DNA of 64,000 bases from Rhizophagus irregularis (Eukaryota). Positions 51,361 to 61,124 of this stretch are shown here, piece by piece. The first letter of the stretch is position 1. Each line of letters opens with the position of its first letter. The DNA lies in NCBI RefSeq assembly GCF_026210795.1, contig NC_089429.1:7130001-7194000 (forward strand). Reading direction: 5' to 3'. The notes under the pieces are model-generated. The model searched no databases. It was not told the origin of the DNA and saw only the letters and a program-made list of their open reading frames with translations. A program made the position numbers and the translations under genes.

Positions 51361-53960
51361 CTAAAAAAGAAAAAAAATGAAACATTAATATACATTTCGT
51401 AAAAAAAAATAAATTAAAGAAACATTTCGAAGTTATATACCTTCGAAATGTTGAATTCCATACGTCCAATAAGCCGCCTGAACCTAAAAAAGAAAAAAAA
51501 ACGAAACATTAATTTATGTTTCATGAAAAAAATTAAATTAAAGAAACATTTCGAAGTTATATACCTTCGAAATGTTGAATTCCATACGTCCAATAAGCCG
51601 CTGAACCTAAAAAAGAAAAAAAACGAAACATTAATTTATGTTTCATGAAAAAAATTAAATTAAAGAAACATTTCGAAGTTATATACCTTCGAAATGTTGA
51701 ATTCCATACGTCCAATAAGCCGCTGAACCTAAAAAAGAAAAAAAATGAAACATTAATTTATGTTTCGTGAAAAAAATTAAATTAAAGAAATATTTCGAAG
51801 TTACATACCTTTGAAATGTTGAATTCCATACGTCCAATGAGCTGCTGAACCTAAAAAAGAAAAAAAAACGAAACATTAATAACCGTTTCGTTGAAAAAAA
51901 TAAAAATAAAAAATATTTTGAAGTATACCTTCGAAATATTGAATTCTGGTCTGTCCAATGGCCGCCGAACCTAAAAAAAAAAAAATGAAGCGTTAATAAA
52001 CACTTCGTTGAAAAATAAAATAAAAAAATTTCGAAGTATACCTTCGAAATATTCCCTTTCGTTTTCCCTTTCCCTTTCGTTCTCACCCTTCCCTTTCGTC
52101 TTCTCTTTCGTTTTCTCTTTTCCTTTACATTTTTCACCTTTCCCTTTCATTTTTCACATTCCCCTTTCGTTTTTCACCTTTCCCTTTCGTTCTCATCTTT
52201 CTCTTTCCTTTCGTTCTCACCTTTCCCTTTCATTCCTTTAACCTATAAAAAAACAAAAAATAAACGAAACTTAAATAATGTTTCGTTATATAATAAAAGA
52301 ACACCCCACCAAATGCCCGGAGTTTCCTTTGTCTCCTCCAATTACTTGGATGGGTTCTTCAATTCATTCACCTTTGCCAAGCACTTTCTTTTTGAACTTC
52401 TTAACCATTTTAGTTCCAATTTGGCAGAAGTGGATGTTAAGGTGATCTATAAAAAAAATTGAAACGTTAGTTAACGTTTCGTTAAGAAATAAAGAAAAAA
52501 ATATAAACAAAAACAAATTTTCCTTTATTACCTTCCACCCAAAGTCTGGTTCGTGAATTCGTTCCGGCGTTCCTACAAAAAGTAAAGGAAAGAAACGTTT
52601 AATATCGTTTCTTTAAAAAAAAACAATAAATTAAGTTTCGCAACGATTCGTTGCAAAACTCACTGGGTCGTTTCATCCAAACGTCCAGAACCTACAAAAA
52701 GAAGGAAAGAAACGTTAGTTAACGTTTCTTTTAATAAAAAAAAAATAAAAAATTAAGTATCGCAATGTAACATTGCGAAACTTACCAGTTCGTTTTTATC
52801 ATTCTAACGTCCGGAACCTACAAAAAGTAAAAAAGAAACGTTAATATAAACGTTTCTTATAATAAAAAAAATAAAAATTAAGTTTCGCAATGTAATATTG
52901 CGAAACTTACCATCATCCTAACGTCCGGAACCTACAAAAAGTAAAATAAAGAAACGTTAGTTAACGTTTCTTAAAAAGAAATAAATAAAAATAAAGTTTC
53001 GCAACACAATGTTGCGAAACTTACCGGTTCATTTCGAACTCATCATCCAAACGTCCGGCGTTCCTACAAAAAGAAAAAGGAAACTTAGAAACGTTTCCTT
53101 ACAAAAAAAAGAAAAAAATTTTTTTCTTAAAAGTTTCGAAGCGTACAACAACACGCTTCGAAACTTACCGATTCGCCTTCTAAAGTCGAATATCGAAAAA
53201 TCTCTACAAAAAAAAAATAGGAAACGTTAGAAACGTTTCCTTACAAAAAATTAAAAAAAAATAATTTTTTTTAAAAAGTTTCGAAGCGAAACGCTTTGAA
53301 ACTTACCCTTTCAGTTCCTTGCTTCCCGAAGTCGAATACCGAAAGACCTACACAAAAAAAGAAAGAAAGGAAACGTTAGAAAAGTTTCCTAAAGAAATTA
53401 AAAATTTTCAAAAAGTTTCGAACATATGCTTCGAAACTTACCATTTCGAATCCCAAAGAAGCATGCCGAAGGACCTACACAAAAAAAAAATAAGAAACGT
53501 TAGATACGTTTCCTAAAGAAATTAAAAAAAAAACACTGTTTTGAAGTGAACTCGCTTCGAAACTTACCCTTAATTTCCTAAATTTCCGAAATCGAATATC
53601 GAGATCTAAAAAAAAAGAGAGTATAGGAAGCGTTAGAAACGTTTCCTAAAAGAAATTAAAAAAAATATATTAAAAGTTTCGAAGCGAACGCTTCGAAACT
53701 TACCATTTCGTTGGAATTTTCCGGGAAGGGAAAGGGGAAGGGGAGAGAAAGAGAGGGGAAAAGGGCGAAGGGAAGGGAAATGAAACGAAAAGGGAGGAAG
53801 AGAACGAAAGGGAAAGGGAAAATGGAGGGAGAAAAGGGGGAAATGAAACGAAAAGGGAGGAGGAGAAAGGGAAAGGGAAAATGGAACGAAAGGGAGGGGG
53901 AGAACGAAAGGGAAAGGGAAAGGGAATGAAAGGGAAAGGGAAAGGGAAGAAAGAAAGAGG
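51361..53960 (-). ncRNA. Intron/micro-exon array B (17 introns), putative non-coding multi-exon transcript
   Basis: Introns 53606-53703, 53475-53567, 53348-53441, 53204-53306, 53064-53168, 52932-53024, 52818-52910, 52692-52785, 52573-52663, 52447-52531, 52243-~52309, 51971-52041, 51851-51928, 51729-51808, 51607-51686, 51484-51564, 51361-51440; all GT...TAG; exons mostly 21-43 nt. Confidence 0.7.
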
Positions 53961-54050
53961 ACGTGAGAAAAAAAAATTAAGCTTTTGCTAAAAAAAGCTT
54001 AATTTTTTTTTTCGTTATACCGCAGCTGAAGCTGCGGTAATTATTAAGTA

Positions 54051-54073
54051 ATATCACGTGACGCACGTGATAT
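54051..54073. promoter_or_regulatory. Double CACGTG E-box upstream of array B
   Basis: ATATCACGTGACGCACGTGATAT ~90 bp beyond the purine-rich first-exon block. Confidence 0.5.
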
Positions 54074-54479
54074 ATAATTTTATATAAATAGGGGCTTTCC
54101 CCCGCCCCAGAATTTTTTTTTTTATTTTAATAATTTTAAATAGATGTATATATATATATTATATATATATATATATATATCTATTAACTAATACTTTACG
54201 AAAAGCCCCTCCTCTGTAAACAGGTAGAGGTCATAAAGTACCTATAGGGGAGAGCCATTGCTGCTCCCTCCGCCTGTTTATAGTGACAAAAAGAGGGAGT
54301 CTTCAGTAGTAAGGTTTAGTATTAAATTACATCACAACACATCGTGTTATATTAACAATGTGTTTAATGTTAAATAATGCGTTTAAAATATAAATATTAT
54401 AAATTTAATAATGTACGTAATTAAATAAATAAAAATTATCATCAATTTTTAATGTAATTAAGTGTAATGCTACGTTATC

Positions 54480-55500
54480 CAATGTAATTGTAGTATTTTT
54501 TTGTGTTTTTTAGTGCAATTCCGCGTTTTTTAGTGCAATTCCGCATTTTCTAGCATAATGTTACATTTTCCAGTATAACGCGAAATTTTTTAAAAAAAAA
54601 ATGATAATTGTGGTACTTTTTAGTGTAATGCTACATTGTCTAGTGCAATTGTGGTATTTTTTAGTGCAATTCTGAATTTTCTAGCATAATGTTACATTTT
54701 CCAGCATAACACGAAATTTTCTAAAAAATATGATAATTGTGGTACTTTTTAGTGTAATGCTACATTGTCTAGTGTAATTGTGGTATTTTTTAGTGCAATG
54801 CCGCATAATCTAGTATAGTGCTACATTTTTTAGTATAATTTAATGTAATGTGGAATTTTCCAAAAAATGAGATAATTGTGATGCTTTTTAGTGTAATTTG
54901 GTGAAATGCTACATTTTCCAGTGTAATGCTATATTACTGAGCATTTTCAAAAAAAAATGTAAAATCTTAACATTCTGACGAAAATGAAACATTTTGACCA
55001 AAAAAACGTAAAATTTGCTGAAAATATGCAACATTTGACAGAAAATATAGAATTTTCATTAAAAAATACACCATTTGCAAGAAAATCGGAATATTTGACA
55101 AAATTTGAATTTAATTGACAATGTTATAACAATTTTATGAAATGTTGTTACAATGATATCACATTGAAGATAAAATGTGGCATTTTCATAAAAATGCACC
55201 ATTTGCAAGAAAATTGGAACATTTGACAAAAAAAAAGCAAAATTTGATTTTAATTGACAATGTTATAACAATTTTATTAAATGTTATTACATTTGAGGTA
55301 AAATGTGAAATTTTCATAAAAATGCACCATTTGCAAGAAAATTGGAACATTTAACAAAAAAAAAGCAAAATTTGATTTTAATGACAATGTTATAACAATG
55401 TTACGAAATGTTACAAAAATGTTACATTTGAGATATAATGTAGCATTTTCCCAAAATTTCATAAGATTTGCTAAATCGGACAATGTTGTAACAATGCTAT
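54480..55500. repeat. Right subterminal repeats of the CACAG element (two families of ~127-131 bp units)
   Basis: TAGTGCAATT...TGTGGTATTTTT duplicated at ~54531 and ~54662; CACCATTTGCAAGAAAAT...ATGTTATAACAA three times at ~55068, ~55197, ~55325. Confidence 0.8.
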
Positions 55501-55690
55501 TCCAAAAAATTGCTCAGCGTAATGCAGCATTTTCCACAATTTCCCACCATTTTCCAGGAAAATGGGGAATTTGCATTTTTTGAATTTTGGACAATGGCGC
55601 CCCTTCGACCTGTGTATTACTACTCATATTACATATAACTATGTAAAATTCCATTCACTAATATAAATTCTAAAATAATTCATCTTAAAA

Positions 55691-57132
55691 TTAAAAAGAA
55701 AGATTGTGGGCAATACCACGAAGAAATTCCATAAGTGAACGGTTACTTCGCTCATTAATAATTGACATAATCCTATTTTCTCTTTCAATCCAAACTTTTT
55801 TCTGCTTCTTTCTTTGTTCTCCACGTATAATACATTCAATTTGAAGCTCAACCTGCTGCTGTTCTCTTTGAATCTCATTAATAATAGTGAAAAGTCCTAC
55901 ATGGATTCACCAACCAGAACTTCCCATCTACGATGCCATGCCTCAACTACATTTTGGGTTCTTGGAATCCCCAATTGGATAGAGTCATATACCGACCACA
56001 ATTGTGGTGGAAAAGGAAGTGCAGAACGAACCACATGGCCATTTCGCATTTCTCGGCGAATTCTCTCAAGAACATAATTGTCTTCAAACCATTGCACCAA
56101 ATCATTGGCCTCTTGAGGCATTTGTGGTTTTAAAATATTAAAAGCTGCGGGTATTTCTTGAGAGGGTAAAAAGGCTAAAGCAAATAAATGTCGTACCATA
56201 ATGCTAAAATGCTCATCATTTCCATATTGAATCGCTAATCCACATCTTTGTATTTGCCGCCACCCATTTTGACAAAGATGAAAAAAACATCCTTTATTAT
56301 TGGTATCAGGAAATTTACTACGTGATACATTAATTGCTGCCAACTCAAAATCAGTAATGATACTTTGTGGCTTTAATTCAATATCATTATCTTCGGCAAA
56401 CTCAATTAAATTTTCAAATAACCACCTGTATAGCACCTCAGATTTACGAGTCATAAGTGCATACACCAGTGGAAGAATCCTAGAATTGTCTTCAGCACCA
56501 ACAGGTGCGTGTATTGTGTACATTTGATGGAATATGGTAGGAACAGTCTTAAATGTTCCGTTCATAATCCAAAATAATGCATTAGCTAAGTGCTGGATAT
56601 TTTCTCTTGTAGTAAATAGAAGGATTCGTTCTTGACCAACCATATAATCTTTAACTAGGAAAATATTTCCATGCAATGTATGACAAAGTGATTCTGGTAT
56701 GTTTATTTCAGTAATATTTTGTGGCTGAGGTGGCATTTCTGATTTTCTAACACGGCTAATTGTTCTACGAAGAGCATTAGGTGATGGGATGTAAGGATGA
56801 ATTTCTTCTGGAATACTAATAATATTATCTTGAATTATTTTTGCGGGTTTATCTCTTGTTTCAGAAGCTTGACGCTTGATCTGAGCAGTAAGTTTTGCGA
56901 CTCCAGCATCACTTGCTTGAGGTGCGTGATTATGATCAGTACAACTTCGAAGATAATGCAAGTTATTACATAAGGTTGTTACAGCACGGCCTTTACACCC
57001 TTCTGATTTTCTTTTTGCACAACACCAGTAAAATATTGCCTCACGGTTCCGTTCCTTTACCATCAAATAACCTCGAACATTGATTTTATTATTTCCCTTA
57101 TTTGAAGGTACAATATCACAAACCTCATCCAT
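55691..57132 (-). pseudogene. MULE transposase (FLYWCH-type zinc finger + MULE DDE), inactivated
   Basis: FYWCCAKRKSEGCKGRA...HNH; WIMNGTFK (consensus DGTF, D changed to N), ITDFE, GCFFHLCQ, RTQNVVEAWH; frameshift near 55900, after which VGLFTIINEIQREQQQVE...FLRGIAHNLSF* continues. Confidence 0.92.
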
Positions 57133-58686
57133 TATTACAAGAAGTTATATGGTTAAATTATAATGAAGAAAATTAAGGTTTATGAAAAGTGTTTTACAAT
57201 GAGGAAAGTTTTTGTCTAAAACAAAGGAGACTTTATGATCAGGATTAAAAGTTAATTCTGATCAGATTAATAGTGAGATCACGCAGTAGTAATTGACATA
57301 ATAACTCCTTGCAATTGTGCAATCACTACGATATTATTACATAAATGGTTACATGAAAAAATTTTTTTTTCTTAAGGAGTTATTATTGTGTCGGGATTTT
57401 GACTCATCAGTAACTTGAACTTTCGGGAATTTTGAATTCCAGATTTTGGACTATTCGGGATATAATACTTTCAGTATTTTAATCATTCAGGATATTATCT
57501 TAGTCGGGAATAGGAGTGTCAAGATTTTATTACATCGGGATTATGGTTGTCGGGATTTCAGGAGGATCCCCAATAAAAAATAATTGATATTCTATTGTCA
57601 CATGATAAAAAAAAATTGCAACAATCAACATATGAAATTTAGAATAATTCGTCCAAAAAGGAATAAATCACGGGAAAAAACGTTTCACAATAAATCAAAT
57701 AAAATATTTTTTCAATATATTATTTACAGTAAGTTGATAACAACAAAAATGATTGTACACTTGTATCACAATTCACGGAACGAGAGGTTTTATAATATTG
57801 AAATGATTATAAGTCACAAATGAATGAATAGAACTAATGAAAATGCAAATTTTGTATTTCTGTTAATAGATAACTTTATTAGATTTTATCACCAAGTTCT
57901 TGGAAATTTTAAAAAAAGAAAACAAGTTGAAATTATTAATTCCATCATAATATGCAATTAAAAGCAAGAGCTGTATCGAACTCTCTTTCGATTATTTTAA
58001 TGAATTTTATATAATAATATTTTTGATAAATCTTCGTTTATGGTCATTCAATTGGAGTGTAGGCCAAAATCTTCATAATTCTACCCAAATATGAACGAAA
58101 TCGAAGAAAGGAAAGGTTTTATCCTTTAATATAAATGGAAGGAACGTTTAATGAATAATAAGAATTTCGTGACAATAACGAAATTTTTTAATAAAAGTTT
58201 GTAAATTTGAATTTTGTTTACAAATAATGAAAGTTTGGATTCAATGTAGAAAAGGAAATTTTATAGCCTAGTTATGAAAACGAATTTATTGTATGAATTT
58301 TCGTATTTGATTTTTTTGAACAATTTTCTCTAGAAAGATTTATGTCGGATCATAAAACGCGTAATTGTCGAATCAAAATATAGGGAGATCATCGTGAGAA
58401 AAAAAATGTATTACGTAAAATGGTTTTGAAAAAAAATTCTTTTATAAATGCTTGATGATTTTTTGTAAGATTAACTTCAGATTAAAAATTCTGGACCGAT
58501 TTTCTTAATTGAAATGTGCCATTCTTTTTTTTTTTTAAAAAAAAACAGTAATAGAAGCTATACATGTTGAATATGACGAACTGGCATTATGTGATACAGA
58601 AAGTCACCCTCTTTTAAATTATTTTAAACATGCATGTTTTCTTAAATGTTAGGGAAGCCTACATCGGTTATATAATTTAATTAACA

Positions 58687-58937
58687 ATGTCCAGTATGTT
58701 ATTAATATAAACTTATTATATTAGTCAACCAATTTTTCAGAGGATTACAGCATCGAATCTGAGAGAATCGGTATCGAACGAGATATTGAGGAACTGGTAA
58801 ACCTGTTGGAACATGTCGAAACAGGAAGAAAGAACTGCGCCGCGGCAAGGAGAGACAAGAATGCCTTGCAGTATCACCAAGACCGTTATCAAGCCTATAC
58901 AATTGCCGTCAGTTACTACAAGAACCGGTTATCTTGA
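58687..58937 (+). CDS. Candidate small two-exon protein (~67 aa), function unknown
   Basis: ATGTCCA, then intron 58694-58740 (GTATGT...TTTTTCAG), gives MSKDYSIESERIGIERDIEELVNLLEHVETGRKNCAAARRDKNALQYHQDRYQAYTIAVSYYKNRLS*; GC-richer island. Confidence 0.4.
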
Positions 58938-60927
58938 AGTCAATATCTAAGCACGCAGTCACACAGGAGGATATGGATCGCCTGCCTCTGCGATCAAATA
59001 ACCTTTGATTTTTTTTTTCAAATTTTCAAATTTTCGTAGAATTTTAATATTTTATTTCAAGGCAAATTTTTTATGAAAAATCCCAGTATTAATCATTTAT
59101 AATTATTATTTATGTAAACGCATTATCATTTTACCATTTTTATCATTAAGCGAATTATATTACAATATTAATATAGATATATACAGTATATAATAACCGA
59201 ACTAATTATAGAATACATCTGTCTTTGATTCATTATTTCCATATCATTAGTTGTGATATCTAATTTAAGATAATAAATTCCATGAAATATTTTACAAATA
59301 AAATTGGGATACTATGAAAATACACTTTAAGAGATTTTATCAGATAAGAAAACTTTATTTTTCAGAATAGGATGGGGATATGAATGTTAATGGCCGAGAA
59401 GCAACGAAGTCCAAATTTGAACGATAATGATTAATGAGTAACACTGCATATTATGAACAATATTAATTTCAAACTATATACTAAAAATTTACTAATTTTC
59501 AACGCGAAAACTGGTTATATTGATTAATTTAAGTTAAACTCTTTCATTAATCAAAGTTTTTATCGGAGTATCGGAAATCAAATTTTTTCCTAAGAAATTC
59601 CGTAATGAAATTTAAATAAGGATAATAATTATTGAAATTACTGACAAATCGTTTTTTGCGAAAATGTTGATCAGTGGTATCATCCCATCTGACTTATTTA
59701 CTTGTGAAAGATTCGTGGAATAAATAATTTATTTCGTACAAATGTCAATGTAACGATAGTAACGTGTCATATTCTAAATTAGTCAATTTATTGTGACCGA
59801 ACTAGGAATAATCCTAATAATTAGATTAAATTTATAAGTTTCATGTTACTTGAAATGATATTTTCATTAAAACAGATTATATTACGATTAATGTATATAA
59901 TACTGTAAAATATTGGAAAAAAATTTAAAATATTTACAAAACTTATTAAATTGTAAATACGTGTTTTCAATTAAAAAACCAATCATTATTAATACTGAAT
60001 CAAACTTTATTGATAATTTTTAAAGAATTTTAGAAACAGTAATCAATAATAACACTATTTTTAAAGAATTCTAGATTTATTTTAAGACAAATATTTAAAT
60101 TTACATGATTAGATACAAATATTTAAATTGAAGTGATGGACCAAAAAAATTTAAGATTATCCCCCAATCTTAAATTCACCCCCGTGTATTTCTCCATAAT
60201 CAAGTCACGGGCCGTTTACTTATAACGCGCATATTGAACGGCCCGTGACTTTACTTATAACGCGCGTCTCCCCGCGTCTTCTCCCCACCGCTTTTTCTTG
60301 GGGATAATATTTTAAATATGACACGGCACGCTATATGTCGCGTGCCGTGCCCTAATTATCCACGAATTTAGTGGATGTCGTTTCATGTTGCCTTCTTGAG
60401 GACGTTTTTTGTCAGTGATTAAAGAAGGAGGTTTATAAAATGTAATGATTTTAATGATTTTGTTAATCATTGGTTTTAGTGATTTAATAATTTGATGATT
60501 TTTAATATTTTTAATATTTATTTTTGTCAATTTTATAGAAATCCATAAAGAAATTTTTTCATGGTTTATATATCTAAATTTACTTATAATTTCATGTTGT
60601 TACCAATTTAATTAATTAATATAATTACATTACCCCTTTAAATAAACCAGCGAGGGGTCATTTAGGTTTCGAATTTAAAGATTATCTTTCATTACAGGGA
60701 CTATAAAGGAAATTATCAATCAAAATAGTAACGTAATAAATTTAATCATTTAAGTTACATATTTCAATATAAAATTATTATAACTGATAATCGCTAATAA
60801 AATAAAGAATTCCTTTAGTTCATCACAATCGGAATTACCGCGTTATTTTAAAAAATTATTCCAAATATAGATCACAAGAAGAATGAAGTATATATTAATT
60901 AACCGAATTCAGCAGCAATTCATCTAA

Positions 60928-61124
60928 ATGGATTCGTGTACTTCGAAATTTATATGGTGAAACATTTATTATATTCAATAACGAAATGGACCAGTTATAG
61001 TATGAATAGTATGAATAAGCATTCAATGGATTCGTGTACTTTGAAATTCATATGGTGAAACATTTATTATATTCAATAACGAAATGGACCAGTTATAATA
61101 TGAATAGTATGAATAAGCATTCAA
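60928..61124. repeat. ~98-bp tandem duplication
   Basis: ATGGATTCGTGTACTT...GAATAAGCATTCA occurs twice. Confidence 0.85.

Larger units (their letters stand above)
50186..55614. mobile_element. Non-autonomous CACAG...CTGTG (CMC/CACTA-like) element nested in the MULE, carrying intron array B
   Basis: TIRs CACAGGTCGAACAGATGTCATTGTC / GACAATGGCGCCCCTTCGACCTGTG; 3-bp TSD TAT; subterminal tandem repeats on both sides. Confidence 0.85.
49764..57570 (-). mobile_element. MULE (Mutator-like) transposon with ~185-bp TIRs
   Basis: TIRs 49764-49950 and 57384-57570 built from ATCCCGA repeats; 9-bp TSD CAATAAAAA (49755-49763, 57571-57579); transposase inside. Confidence 0.95.

Noticed and set aside
51361..53703. 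CRISPR array (palindromic repeats with 21-43 nt spacers)
   Set aside because: Repeats are 70-105 nt, degenerate and have GT-AG intron anatomy; the spacers resemble each other rather than being independent captures; no cas genes; eukaryotic context
51257..53929. ORF-track proteins overlapping array B (e.g. 51679-52137, 52008-52241, 53009-53230, 53711-53929)
   Set aside because: Low-complexity read-through of introns and purine/pyrimidine tracts
54187..54320. Hammerhead ribozyme or SRP RNA
   Set aside because: CTGAAGA and GAAA lie on opposite strands; the CAGG...AGCAG spacing lacks the GNRA stem-loop of SRP helix 8
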